A DNA stretch of 64,000 nt. Origin: Octopus vulgaris (taxonomy: Eukaryota). The translations under genes were made by a program, and so were the position numbers. Positions 37,709-51,037 of the stretch are shown piece by piece. The DNA is taken from positions 45,198,001-45,262,000 of the forward strand of contig OX597817.1 of NCBI GenBank assembly GCA_951406725.2, written 5' to 3'. Position 1 is the first letter of the stretch, and each line of letters starts with the position of its first letter. The notes beneath the pieces were generated by a model, which worked only from the letters and a program-made list of their open reading frames with translations, did no database searches and had not been told where the DNA came from.

Positions 37709-38026
37709 CTGGATTTGAGCTCAGAGTAGCAAGGAACAGGAAAATATTAATGATTCCTCCTATCTTCTAGTCTAAGAAATGTTCTCTTTTGTATTTGCCG
37801 CCAGACCACCTCAGCTGGATTTGAACTCAGAGTAGCAAGGAACTGGAAAATATTAATGATTCCTCCTATCTTCTAGTCTAAGAAATGTTCTCTTTTGTAT
37901 TTGCCGCCAGACCACCTCAGCTGGATTTGAACTCAGAGTAGCAAGGAACTGGAAAATATTAATGATTCCTCCTATCTTCAAGCCTAACAACAAATGTTCT
38001 CTTTTGAATTTGCTGTCAGTCCACCT
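37709..38026. repeat. Three tandem 106-bp units
   Basis: CTGGATTTGA(A/G)CTCAGAGTAGCAAGGAAC.. starts at 37709, 37815 and 37921. Confidence 0.95.
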
Positions 38027-40961
38027 ATAATAATTACAACAAATCTATGAATAGTGATAAGACAATGCGTGAGATGGATAAAGCAAAGTTGCTGAAGATG
38101 AGTGGGGTGATGGGAATGTTTTTTGATTAAAAAATAAATAAATATTACAAGTCAAGATTGTTACAGTATAAGAAGATAAAAAGAAATGGGACAACAAAAA
38201 TATCCACCAGTGGGACGCTCTGATGAGAGTTCAACACTGAAATCAAATACTCACATCGCATGTCGACTTCAACGTAATAATCCCTTCTATATCTATTGTG
38301 AACAATTTAAGTAGGACGCACATTCTTGGAGAGATTAAGTGAATGAAAGCTTTGAGATGGAAACTAGTTCTTAACATTCTATATTCATTCTGTGTTACAT
38401 ATGCGGTGCCAATCTCCTCATCGATATATATCGCATTTTCAATTGATTCGTGTTTGTACTTTGGCGCCTTTCTTTTTTAGATTAATGCGAGAATTTTATT
38501 CTTTTCTTGTGGAGCTCTATACTTCTTACTGTTCTTCTAGTGCTACCAATTAATTTTGTCCATCTCTCATTTACGACCCGTCCTAAAATGATAACGTTTA
38601 CAGTTGGTTATGGAAGTGGAGTAGTTTCTCCCGCGAAGCACATGCAGGCTGTTCCTCTTGTCATTATTGGCGCTGCTTAGGAGATGTCTGCATGCATATG
38701 TAGCTTTGCAATTAGCTGTCACGGTATTTGAATATCTTACTCATTAATATGCTTTCTTCTCCACCAACAAGAGCCCTTTCTTCTCCAACTACAAGATCCA
38801 GAGCAGGGAGCTAAACTACAACACCTATTGAATAAAAACTAGATGGTGGTTTCTTAGATCTTCATGGTAGAAAGCAATTAACTGCCTTTTACTTCCATGT
38901 GTGTAACAACATTGCATTCAGGCCAGGTTTTTCAGTCTTTTAGAACGTAAGTTTGCTATTGGGGTAGGTTACAGACCTGAGATAAATCTCAGGTCATTGG
39001 GTATAAACAAAATTTGCAAATGTCTTATTGCACGCATCTAATCGCATGCCATCTCTCGTTACTAAAGCACTACTTAATTATATTATGCCATGAAACGAAA
39101 AGGAGACTCAAATTAGAATGATGATTTGTCCATTCTTTCACTCTCATTTCGGCATTTTTTCAACCATAGCATAGAGTACCATTCTATTGACTGTTGTACT
39201 TCATATTTGCTGAGCTTGCATTCTTGCTGTTCGTACTTTAGATATGATGCAGATTTCGCGAAGATATTTTGCGTTTTTAAATTAGCTTATTTCACATTGC
39301 AATAAAAACCTAGCATCCATACTTGTTTCTTTGAGGGTAAAAGACATTTTCCACAATTTAAATACATATATATGCTCTCTCTGCCTTTCTCTCTCTCTCT
39401 TTCATTCTTTCTCTACGTTAAAATTTCGATATTTGTTCATACCACATATTATCATAGACGTTCATTTGTCATAATCATTAAAAACCTAACGTTCTATATT
39501 GTATCATTAATTTAGCCAGGTTGGACTATTTGTAGTTTTCTTGTATCACATGAAAACTCGAAAGCAATTGAGAAAATATTTGTTTTGTTGTAGTTTATGG
39601 CGATGTTATTATCACCGACTTCGTTAGAATTACAATTCCATGTGTTAAAGACATCTGTTAGACAAATATTTTTTCTAAATTGTATCAAATAATATTTTAA
39701 ATATTACATTCTTTTTTTTACATTTTGTGCAGCATATTTCTTTTTTCTTTTAGATTCTTTCTGTTTATTGCGAATTGAAATTAATAAAATTGGAGAAATA
39801 TTTTTTACAATTAAAAATAGCAGAAAATATAGAAAAGCAATCTTGTTCTCCACATTTATGGAATAGTTTTGACACAGGTAAAATAATTCCAGACATTCAG
39901 ATAATCAGCAAATATGTATATATACCAGACAGACATTCTAAGACTTTTCAAAATGATTCGAAGTAATTAATGGTTCCAAATGGTGGTATAAGCCTTGCAA
40001 ATTTAGGGGCATGGAGTTAGTACGTTAACTGACCCCAATACTTAATTGTAAATTTATTTTCAAATGACAAATTTGAGTTCACTGGGACTTGAAATAAGAA
40101 CAAAGGGGCCCGAAGAAATGTTGATTTGCATTTTGTCCGATGCACTAACAAATAGTTCGACGTAAATTTTCAGATCGTTATAAACGTTTCTAACGTATAT
40201 TAGGAATATAGCCAAATATAAGTTCCACTGGATACACAAAACTGTTAACGCAAGAAAAAGAAGAAAATAATAAAAATGGGGTAAGAAAACGAATATTTAA
40301 AAACCTATAGTGAAACGAGCGCTCAGCAACAGTGGGCAATAGCTGCCGAAGCTAGAATTTAAATTTGTGGGTCGTTAGCTTCTTAATAGTGAGATATAGT
40401 GGAAATTACAGCAGTTACATCAATAAGACAAATACAAAAGATATTGACAATGGCTGTAATGTTTAATCCTACTTTTGTACCGGAATCAGAGAAATCAACA
40501 TACGCTTACAGTGCGTATGATAATCTATCACAAGTACGTAGCAGATCTTGTATATATACAACAAAATTCATCTCTCTTACCTGGAAATATAATTACTGTT
40601 ATAAATGGTTTTATAGCATTATGCTTGCATAAAATAAAATAGCAATAAGGCACTGGATTGATTTAGTAGAGAAACCACTCATCCTCTAATCAAACAAGGA
40701 ATTAAAAAATATATATAAATAATTCTGCACTTGTACATCAGTTACAAGCATTTGTTTTTATGAATATTGGTTTCAAAATTTAGCTCACGGTCAGTAGTTT
40801 TGGTAGAGTAGGTAAGTCGATTACGTTAACCCCTGTACTCATTTGGTGCGTAAAGGATGAAGGACAACGTCAAGCTTGGCGGAATTTCTACTCAGAACGT
40901 AAAGACGGACGAAACGTTGCTAAACAATTTTTCCTTGTTAATATTAAGTCCTGAATTAAAA

Positions 40962-41575
40962 CGACAAGCTGACAGAAACGTTAGCACGTCGGGCAAAATG
41001 CGTAGCCGTATTTCGTCTGCCGTTACGTTCTGATTTCAAATCCCGCCGAGGTGGACTTTGACTTTCATCATTTCGGGGCCGATAAACTAAGTACCAGTTA
41101 CGCATTGGGGTCGAAATAATCAACTTAATCCGTTTGTCTGTCCTTGTTTGTCCCCTCCGTATTTAGGCCCTTGTGGGAAGTAAAGAAATAGGTATTTTGT
41201 CAGTTTTTACGTTCTGAGTTCATATTCCGCCGAGATAGACTTTGCCTTTCATCTTTCGGAGTCGATAAATTAAGTACCAGTTGCGCACTGGAGTCGATGT
41301 CATCGACTTAATCCGTTTGTCTGTCCTTGTTTGTCCCCTCTATGTTTAGCGCCTTGTGAGCAATAAAGAAATAAGAAACGTTAGCGCACCGGGCGAATAG
41401 CTTGGTGGCATTTCACCTGTCTTTACGTTCTGATTTCAAATTCTGCCGAGGTCGACTTTGCCTTTCATCCTTTCGGAGTCGATAAATTAAGTAACAGTTG
41501 CGTACTGAGGTAGATCTAATTGAATGCCTCCTCCCAGCCTCCGAAAATTTCGACCCTTTTGCCTAGAAAATAAAC
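40962..41575 (+). mobile_element. SINE family A trimer
   Basis: Units start at 40962, 41191 and 41374; third unit carries the alternative tail. Confidence 0.88.
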
Positions 41576-42774
41576 GAATGTCAACAAGCTGTTATAATAG
41601 TTAGGAGATCGGGTAAAATGCTTAGTGCCATTTCACCTGCCGACTTTTTCTTTCATCTTCTATAATTCACTAGCTCCTTTCCTCAAAATTTCAGGCCTTG
41701 TGCCTATAGTAGAATAAATTTGTTATCGAAAGCGGTGGAGTGGAGGAATCGTTAAAAATATGCCATGGCTTTTCGTTCTTCGTTGAAATCCCAACCCATG
41801 TGGCTGCCTCCTTCTGAAAAAGTATCACTGTGTACTTATTACACTTTGCTTAGTCAAATTTATTATGTCTAATATCGATTGTTCTGTTTTCGATACGGTT
41901 TGGGATTAGGTAGGCAGCAGTAAATAACATGTATTTTAGTTGACTCCGACAACACTCATGGCGCACAATTGAAATGCTGTGGAATTTTAACGTATCGGTC
42001 TATCTTTTACGCAAAGCCGTCAGTGCTGTAAATTATGTTATGTCGCGGAATGAAAACTATTGTAAAATCTGATAGGAGATATTCATTCTGTACCAGTTAA
42101 TGTACTATGACATTTTATTGCCATTTTAATATCTTATCAGATGACCTTTTATTATAAACTATATTCTGATGTGGTATTCAGGAAATAATATATTATGTTT
42201 ATTTCATTTCATGGTATCGTTCTGATACAGAGAAGGCATGCATGGTGTATAATAATATTTTATGATATCACATCCTGTAAAAACATCATATAAAATGATA
42301 TAAACTGATTTTATCTCATTGAAAGTATTGACATCGCACAGCACAAAAGAAAGTAAAACATTACAATTAGTAAAGCTTTGCCTGATGGGTTTAAACTAAA
42401 GAATTAGCTCTAAAACAATAAAACAACATCCCAAAATCAATGCAATATCGGTGAAATAAATCAATTGTAGTTAACATGAGACAACTAATCTTTATAATGG
42501 CTGACCTACGGGAATTGAAGCGGAGAAGTATCTGAAAAGCGAACGACCAAGAGGGAGTAAGTGGCTGGGAAATAAAACTGATGAGCGAGATAGGAGATTT
42601 GAAAAAAAAAAAAAAGGTCTAAGAGGGTAAAAGGAATAGGATGCCGCATTGAAATAATATATAGATGAATGGGTGAGGGAGACGAATGGCAGTGTACAGT
42701 TTAAAATTAAAAATATTTCACATGCTCTACACTATTTTATGTAAATATATACTTTTACCTTTCTTCCACACAAT

Positions 42775-42784
42775 CACACACACA

Positions 42785-42852
<68 letters not shown>

Positions 42853-42992
42853 GAGAGAGATAGATAGATATCCTATATACGTATATTCATACACAAACAC
42901 ATACATATGTATATGCTTGTATGTATATATACATATATAACTGTGTGTGTTTATATGTATATATATGATTACATATATATATGCATACATAC

Positions 42993-43051
<59 letters not shown>

Positions 43052-43063
43052 TACATACATGCA

Positions 43064-43103
<40 letters not shown>

Positions 43104-43142
43104 TACATACATGCATATATATATATATATATATATATACAC
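42775..43142. repeat. Compound (CA)n/(TA)n microsatellite
   Basis: Visible directly. Confidence 0.95.
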
Positions 43143-43954
43143 CTATGCAAATACAACCTACAATTTATCTGTATTGCCGTAAACATCTATTATCTCTCTG
43201 AATAGCTTTCATGCCTGTATATCCCTCAGCCTCTCTCCATCTCACTAGTCTTTGTCTCAAATGTATATGTGCATACACACACACACATACACATTTATAA
43301 GTATTGATATATGTTTGAATATATATATATCTAAATGTATACTTTTGACGTAATATAAAACATAAATCTGTTGCAATTGTCAAGCAAAATTCCCAAAGGG
43401 CCAAAGAATATATATTTCAAAGAGTAACTTTTGTGCCGCCGGTAAATGGAGTAAATAGAAATATAATGAAAATATTCAATTTAACAATGTAAGGAACATT
43501 TACCAATATATTTTCTAACATGCGTCGATGCACACATGTTAAAATACAAAGCAGTTCGATAACAATGTATTTACAGGCAAATAAAAGATTCAGCTTTTTC
43601 AAGATATACTTTTCCCTTTGGTGAATATGAAGCAGTAAAATATAGGAAGCACCAGTTTTAATTAATTGCAATGTAAGCAATAATTTATCACTTTACCCAT
43701 TATCATCCGATACGAATGTGTTGTATTCATTTATGTATCATCATTAACGTTTGTCTTGTTTTGTTTTTGTCTTCCTGTTTCGCACGTTCACCTATATTTA
43801 ATTCATACATACGCGTATACGTATTTGTATTTCAGCGAACGCATACAGACCACATAAAGGCAATCCCGCACATTCGATTCACTGAGATATACAACAGTAC
43901 AGATATGCATGTAAATATCAAACGCTTTAGACATGTGTGTGAGTGTGTAAGAAT

Positions 43955-43994
43955 GTATATATATGTATAGATTATAATTATATATATATACATA

Positions 43995-44079
<85 letters not shown>

Positions 44080-44202
44080 GTATGTGTGTGTATGTGTGTG
44101 TAAAGATGTATGTATATATACAAATTATTATTATATATATAGGTGTATATATATATATACACATAATAACATAGGTACATACAAACACACACACACACGC
44201 AC

Positions 44203-44246
<44 letters not shown>

Positions 44247-44413
44247 GTGTATATATTATGCATACATATAAATATATATGAGTATACGTACATTCGTACA
44301 ATGAAATGTTCACAGAGTATATATTCACGCATACGTATATACATACATACGTAAATCTGATTCTATGCATTAATTAATGCAGTATATCACGTGGTCTATG
44401 ACTTTGATCTTGC

Positions 44414-44460
<47 letters not shown>

Positions 44461-44676
44461 GTATATATATATATATACGTATATGTATATATATATACGT
44501 ATATATATATATATATATATATGTACATTTACATATATATACATATATAAATATATGCATATATATATATATATACATATACACACACACACATATATAT
44601 ATATATATACGTACATATATATATATATATATATACGTACATATATATATATATATATACGTACATATACATATAT

Positions 44677-44707
<31 letters not shown>

Positions 44708-44720
44708 TACATATACACAC

Positions 44721-44757
<37 letters not shown>

Positions 44758-44758
44758 T
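43955..44758. repeat. Compound (TA)n/(TACG) microsatellite region
   Basis: Visible directly, with short unique interruptions. Confidence 0.93.
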
Positions 44759-44973
44759 GTTCGAGTATTTGTAACAGTTTGTACATGCGTGTATCCGTGT
44801 ATATGGGTGTGTTCACAGGTGAGTGTCCTTTTATGCATGTGTACATGTATAACATCTGCACTTTCTTATCTTCCCACCAGTGAGTCTACCCCACCGTCCA
44901 CTTCGATCGGATGCCCCGTCCCAAGCTATTGCCCGCAGTAAACCTGTGTATTCACGAACGTTAGAGGACATAC

Positions 44974-45045
44974 CTGGAACTGCAAGCAAACAACAGTGTG
45001 ATAGCTTTTGACTGTCCTGGCCGTAAAGCCCCAGCCGGCCAACAT
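44974..45045 (-). CDS. Probable first coding exon (MLAGWGFTARTVKSYHTVVCLQFQ)
   Basis: gcgATG with purine at -3; exactly 24 codons; strong donor CAG|gtatgt; local GC/CpG-rich island; phase 0 matches exon 34516-34739. Confidence 0.5.
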
Positions 45046-45099
45046 CGCGCAGGGAATTTGATGAAAAAATAATGATGGGAAATGAATGACGCGTTAAAA

Positions 45100-45245
45100 T
45101 AACATAACTGAATTGAAGTAAAGTAGCGAGGCGAATGGATATAGATAAATGGATATAGTAGCATTCTGATGTAGAATTTAGAATTAAACATATTTTTATA
45201 TTCATTGTAACATCTACATTTCTGACACGTAAACCGCCCCAGCAA
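45100..45245 (-). promoter_or_regulatory. Candidate core promoter: GC box, CRE/E-box-like site, TATA box, Inr
   Basis: GGGGCGG at 45234-45240, TTACGTGTCA just downstream, TATAAAAA at 45193-45200, TCAGTT at 45106-45111; all upstream of the ATG on the same strand. Confidence 0.35.
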
Positions 45246-45348
45246 ACACGTATATTAACTTAGATATAACAATACACACACTTATCGATACTTCAGTGAC
45301 TAATTTTCAGTAAAATAACTAAATGATTTCACTAAACGATTTCACGTA

Positions 45349-45509
45349 AGAGTGGCTGTGTGGTAAGTAATTTGCTTACCAACCACATGGTTTCTGGGTT
45401 CAGACCCACTGCGTGGTACCTCGGGCAAGTGTCTTCTGCTATAGCTCCGGGCCCACCAAAGACTTGTGAGTGGATTTGGTAGACGAAAACTGAAAGAAGC
45501 CCGCCGTAC

Positions 45510-45593
<84 letters not shown>

Positions 45594-45812
45594 TTGTGTG
45601 TCTGTGTGTGTGTCCCCAAAATCGCTTGACAACCGATGCTGGTGTGTTTACGTCCCCGTAACTTAGCGGTTCGGCAAAATAGACCGATAGCATAAGTACT
45701 AGGCTTACAAAGAATAAGTCCTGGGTTCGATTTCCTCGGACTAAAGGCGGTGCTCCAGCATGGCCGCAGTCAAATGACTGAAACAAGTAAAAGAAAAAAA
45801 GAAAGTAAAAGA
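45349..45812 (+). mobile_element. SINE family B, near full length
   Basis: tRNA-like head, (TA)n(TG)n centre, AAGTAAAAG tail. Confidence 0.92.
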
Positions 45813-46477
45813 AACGATTCCTTTAGCACGTACACTAAGGCTCAGACATATATATATATATAAACACATTCACACACATAATCATGCGAAGTCTCATACG
45901 ACTAGAAGACATGGAAACTCGCCTTACCAGTCTCTGCTACGTTAGGCGGACACACAGACGTCTGTGTTTTGGGTAGAGATAAAAATATAAATGCATAGCT
46001 CTCGATGATAGTTAGCACTAAAAGGAGATCTTAGATTATTTTATTTTAAGATAGAACGATAAAAAAAAAACAAGTCGCATTATCTGATATATAAGTAAGA
46101 GAATTCTTTGTTATTATTAATTCATATTCCGTTATGGACAAAAAAACAAAACCCAACATAAAACATTTTTTCAAATTATTTTTCAGCTGATAAATTTGTC
46201 TCGAATATATTTTAAGCATTTTATCTGTTCATCATTGGTAATGCTATTGATTTGTAAAGTATTGTCAAACGACAGTAGCCTGAAACTATTAAAATAATTA
46301 ATATGTAACGCCAATCTAAATGTTCAGCTAGAAAATATCTTGAACAAAAGTTGTTAACAAATCTTATATGATCTGTCCTACAAATGTTTAAATGAGTTTT
46401 GTCCAATGATTTACATGTAGGTCCTGTTTAAATAATAAAGAATGTTACGTATTTTAATAGTCAGTACGATTACTTTC

Positions 46478-46739
46478 GTGGAGGCACATGACCTAGTGGT
46501 TATAGCAGCGGACTCGTGGTTGAGGTATCGCGGGTTCGAACCTCAGACCGGCCGATGTATGTGTTTATGAGCGAAACACCTAAGCTCTACTCAGCTCCTT
46601 CAGAGGGTAATGGCGAACTTCTGCAGACTCTTTCGCGACAACTTTCTCTCACTCTTTCATCCTACATTTTGCCTCCCGCCCAGCTGGGGAACCTATACGC
46701 CAAGGAAACCGAGCGTGGCTCGAGAAGGAACAAACAACA
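46478..46739 (+). mobile_element. SINE family C variant with (CAA) tail
   Basis: tRNA-like head; tail ..GGGAACCTATACGCCAAGGAAACC..CTCGAGAAGGAACAAACAAC shared with 49065 and 54787. Confidence 0.82.
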
Positions 46740-46756
46740 GTGATTACTTCCAAAAG

Positions 46757-47005
46757 GAGAGCGCATAACCTAGTAGGAAAAGTAAAGCACTCGTGATCGC
46801 CAGATCGTGGGTCCGATTTCAGGCCTCGTTGGTGCGTTTTTTTTTTGTGCAAAACATTTCATCTAACATTCCTCTTCGACATTTAAATGTGTTGTACCTG
46901 TACAGGTAATGTCGATTGATGGAGGGAGTGAACTGATGTGCAACAATAACATATGATCACTATAAACAAATCATCTGTGCTGCTTCTTCACCAAGAAATT
47001 GCAGA
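46757..47005 (+). mobile_element. Old tRNA-derived SINE (family D-like)
   Basis: Degenerate A/B boxes and GTGC..TTGTGCAAAACATTTCAT resembling 60900-61010. Confidence 0.45.
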
Positions 47006-47738
47006 ACAATTCTTCTCAGATTCTATAAATTACACCTAAGATTATTTCCCAGAGCTGTTCTCTGCGACTGTTTCGTGAACTGGAACAGGTTCACGCGAAA
47101 ATTGAAACAGGTTCACGCAAAAACAGTGTCTACCTGTCTCCCCTTCTCAATTTATTATTTAATGAAATTCTGTTTCGCATTGAATTTCTGACATGTACCA
47201 TCTTAGTAACCTTTCGTAAAATTTGTGCACCACACTTTTGCGGTTCTCCTTCTCTATTTTGAATTTACTGGTTCATCGTTGTCAAATATGTATGTCGTTT
47301 AATGTTCAGACAGACATTTTGAAGTTGGCTGCTCTTGTATGTAATTACATTCCAAATTCAAGAATTAATTAATATGAAATATTCCGGACGCAGATATGTC
47401 ATTCTACTGCCAATATCTTGCGACAATTGTCGCATATATATTTCAGTCCAGACATATAATAGCTTTAATATATAACCGAAATAATTTAGATCATAAATTA
47501 TTAGTTCAGCTTAATTAAGAACAGATGTCATATAGAATATCTGTTATATAAGTGAAGAAAATATTTACAAATCGATGACATTGATTTATGTTTGGAACAA
47601 TAGATATTTAGATATGTTTCTACTTGGTATTTAATTCAATAGTTATCCACAAAATTCTGAATTTCCGTTTTGTCTGATATAACATACAATAAAATAGTAG
47701 ATATTTTCTCTGATTCAATATTCTGCTGAGTAATTTCG

Positions 47739-47801
<63 letters not shown>

Positions 47802-47806
<5 letters not shown>

Positions 47807-48165
47807 GCAGTATCGCCCGGAGTGGCTCGGGTTTGTTTCGACCCTTTAGAATTGGAATTTTTGAAAAGTAAACATTTTGCCTTATGTAGCTGGTTATTCT
47901 CTTTAAGAGAACATTTTTCTGGATGAAATACACCGTAAAATGGCAATACAGCAGTCAAAAAATCGTAAAAAATAGGGATTTTCATAGAAAAAAATCACCT
48001 TTCTGATGTAAATAATTTTTGGTGTTAACATGATCCGATATGAATGTGTTCTTCGACGGAAGGAAGAGCTAGCTTTCTTCTATCGTACTCTCAATTTTGA
48101 TCAACTCGGAGGAGTCTTAGTTGAAGGCTACCAAACCTACCATACACAGACAAATTCAGCTATAT
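47802..48165 (+). mobile_element. Helentron-associated non-autonomous element (HINE/DINE-1-like)
   Basis: 5' TAGCAGTATCGCCCGG..CTCGGGT hairpin; 3' ACAGACAAATTCAGCTATATATA end; inserted in (TA)n; similar 5' stub at 32441-32478. Confidence 0.6.
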
Positions 48166-48186
48166 ATATATATATATATATATATA

Positions 48187-49004
48187 CGTGGTCTGATCAA
48201 TAAGTATCCGAACTTTTGATGTAGTAACGAAACTAAAGCACGGAAAGTAAAACTGCTTGGCACAGATTGACCTTGAACTCTGTTGTGCATGCGCACAAAT
48301 TCTGAATGTTCTAGGAAGGTGTGCAGCATGTGATCGTCTCATTGACCATAAGAGAGAAAGTTAAGCAGAGAATCTGCATCAAATTTTACCAGAAGCTTGG
48401 TGATACCTGCTCAGAAGCCTACGCAAAGTTTTCATAGTTCTCGACACCATCTAGGAAAAATTGTGCAATTGAAACCCGAGTATCTTTTTGGTCAGCTGAA
48501 AGCGGTTTTGAAACAAACTTTGCAGACACGTGTCTCATACCCAAATCTTCAGTGATAATGGACTGAACTGGACTGTAACTAATCTGCACATCCTCTGATA
48601 ACTTAGGGACGTTGATTCGACGATTTCCCGTCACAGCTGCACGTACATTTGCAACATATTTCTCTATTCTGCCGGTTTCTGGTCTCCCAGAACGTTCGTC
48701 AATATCGACATTTTTCGGCCATCTTGGACACTACTCGTAAACTTGTGTGCGGTTCATACACTCCACATCATACTCATTCTGCGACTTTTCCTAAGCCTCT
48801 TTCTCTGCATGGTCGATGCGGCGATTACACGCTACACACCTTTCTTCCAAGCACTTTTGTAAACAGCGGAAGTGAGCTAGAACATTAACACTTAGAACTC
48901 ATGCACAGCAGAGTTCAAGTTCAATCTGTGCCAAGCAGCCTCAAGATGCATGTTTTAGCTTCGTTACTATAGCAACAGTCTGGGAACTTATTGATCTGAC
49001 CTCG
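48187..49004. mobile_element. Non-autonomous mariner with ~105-bp TIRs, TA target duplication and internally inverted transposase segment
   Basis: TA-CGTGGTCTGATCAATAAG.. / ..CTTATTGATCTGACCTCG-TA; plus strand KQRICIKFYQKLGDTCSEAY; minus strand ERSGRP..RRINV..DLGMRHVSAKFV..DQK. Confidence 0.88.
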
Positions 49005-49064
49005 TATACATCAAAAAAGGGATAACAGTTGAATACACGATTACCTTATGTACTTCACTGGCTT

Positions 49065-49168
49065 TGTAACGGACAGTTGTCCCGTCCAGGTTAGGAACCT
49101 ATACGCCAATGAAACCGAGAAACCGGCCCTTATGAGCCAGGCATGTCTCGAGAAGGAACTACAACAAC
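49065..49168 (+). mobile_element. 5'-truncated SINE C tail with 13-bp target-site duplication
   Basis: ACTTCACTGGCTT (49052-49064) / ACTTCACTAGCTT (49167-49179). Confidence 0.8.
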
Positions 49169-49174
49169 TTCACT

Positions 49175-49256
49175 AGCTTACAACTGTTTCCACTATTAGA
49201 TTCAGTAGACTCATATTTGAGTGCTTGATTAAAACCTTACAGTTTCATCAGAGCAT
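49175..49256 (-). ncRNA. Penelope-type hammerhead ribozyme with extended stem II
   Basis: gct-CTGATGA-aactgt..atagtg-GAAAC-AGTT-GTA-agc. Confidence 0.55.
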
Positions 49257-49329
49257 CAAAGATGGTAAAACAAATACACTTAAGCACATAAACTGCACTG
49301 CATGTTTGAGGCTCTGATGAAAAATGTCG

Positions 49330-49422
49330 GTGTTACTCAAGGACTCTGCTATGAGTCCAATTGAACTCACGTCCTTACAATCGTGAGCCGAATGCCCTAA
49401 CCATTAAGTCACGCGCCTTCAC
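49330..49422 (-). mobile_element. SINE family D head fragment
   Basis: GTGAAGGCGCGTG.CTTAATGGTTAGGGCATTCGGCTCACGAT.. matches the head at 61010. Confidence 0.7.
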
Positions 49423-50028
49423 CATTAAAATATTAATACATATAACGCGCTGTAAAAAGGAGTTGATAAAAGCGAGTTGGGAAATGTCTTACTGGGGACG
49501 TTACTTAATAGGAACCTGAATAAAAATTTACTCCCCCCATTCTCTTCAAGCACAATACAAATACAGGTTCACTGAAAAATGTCGCATATTTACTTGAACA
49601 GAATAAATATAATGATACAAGTTGAACGTATCTGCATAATCAGTGAAATTCTGAATATACACGCTTCGAGACTCAAAGCGCCTCGAAGAACAGTTGATTG
49701 CTTCTAGGTCCTCAGCAAACTCAAACAGAATAATTTAATTTAACATGTCATCTCTGTAATAAAGAAGCCAGCAGACGGCAAAACGTGTGATAGAAGATTA
49801 GATGAATGAGATGGAAAGCGTTCTAATATAGATTACATTGGAGTCAGATATTATTAAGATTAGAGTGAATCCTTACTCATCTAATGCGACCGTTCTCATT
49901 ACCAAGCTTGATGTATCATTTTTGGCTTCCAACTGACATCCAACTATCAAAAGAAACACACACACATCCATAACATATATTATTCACACACACTCACACG
50001 TATACACACAGCACAAACACATATATAC

Positions 50029-50103
<75 letters not shown>

Positions 50104-50538
50104 CATATACATGCTCATGTGTGGCTGTGTGGTAAGTAGCTTGTTTACTAACCACGTGTTTCCTTGATTAGGTAACTTCTACTATAGCCTTTTGCTCATG
50201 ATCCAAACGTAAAGTAACTCGACTAAATACCAGAATTCAACATAAACACTCCCTGTAGCATCATCGTGGTTTGCTGGAGTTAAATTTTCCTAGATATATT
50301 CAAGCACCATGCTTTTAAAGAAAATAAATATTTGAAATAAATCATTACTGATTTTACCCCACATTACATTTAACAGTTTGAAAATTGAAAATTTATGAAA
50401 TTATGCATTAGTACACGAAAAAGTTGACTTGGAATCCAACAGAGGAAAGGGTTCTGATTGCTTATCAGCACAATGTATCCAGAATTTCTGCTAGCAACCT
50501 CAATTACTATTCAGCAAAAATTCCTTGACAAAAGGGCC

Positions 50539-50714
50539 TAGGAGTGGGTATGTGGTAAGTAGCTTGCTTACCAACCACATGGTTCCGGGTTCAGTTCCAC
50601 TGCGTGGCACCTTGAGCAAGTGTCTTCTACCGTAGCCCCGGGCCAACCAAAGCCTTGTGAGTGGATTTGGTAGACGGAAACTGAAACAAGCCCGTCAAAT
50701 ATATATGTATATGT

Positions 50715-50770
<56 letters not shown>
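50539..50770 (+). mobile_element. SINE family B, 5' half
   Basis: Head through the microsatellite boundary. Confidence 0.85.
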
Positions 50771-50785
<15 letters not shown>

Positions 50786-50985
50786 CATACATAAGAGATA
50801 ATGGTGTCATTGAGACCCGGAGGTGTCAGGTAATGCTGAATAAGTGTGCTATAGACAGACCATAGCTAAGTTCCAGATTCGGTAATATTGCGAATAAAGG
50901 ATTCAACGCTGGTGCTATGTCAGAATTTTTGCGTAATAAGATAAAAGCAAGGCTGTATAGCTATTAGAGCATTTATAGATAGAAT

Positions 50986-51037
50986 GTCTTACAGCTGTTT
51001 CTAGGATATTAATTAGTAGTATCCCATCGTCGGAGAC
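50986..51037 (-). ncRNA. Penelope-type minimal hammerhead ribozyme (U4C variant) in a pseudo-LTR remnant (about 50795-51300)
   Basis: gtct-CCGACGA-tgggata..tatccta-GAAAC-AGCT-GTA-agac; stems I and II fully paired. Confidence 0.7.

Noticed and set aside
38220-38270. CTGATGA..GAAA motif
   Set aside because: No convincing stem III, cleavage triplet or stem I partner
44881-45011. Plus-strand terminal exon ([42 protein letters not shown])
   Set aside because: Has an acceptor and an open frame, but no partner plus-strand exons were found; the minus-strand ATG/donor/promoter model explains the island better. Not fully excluded
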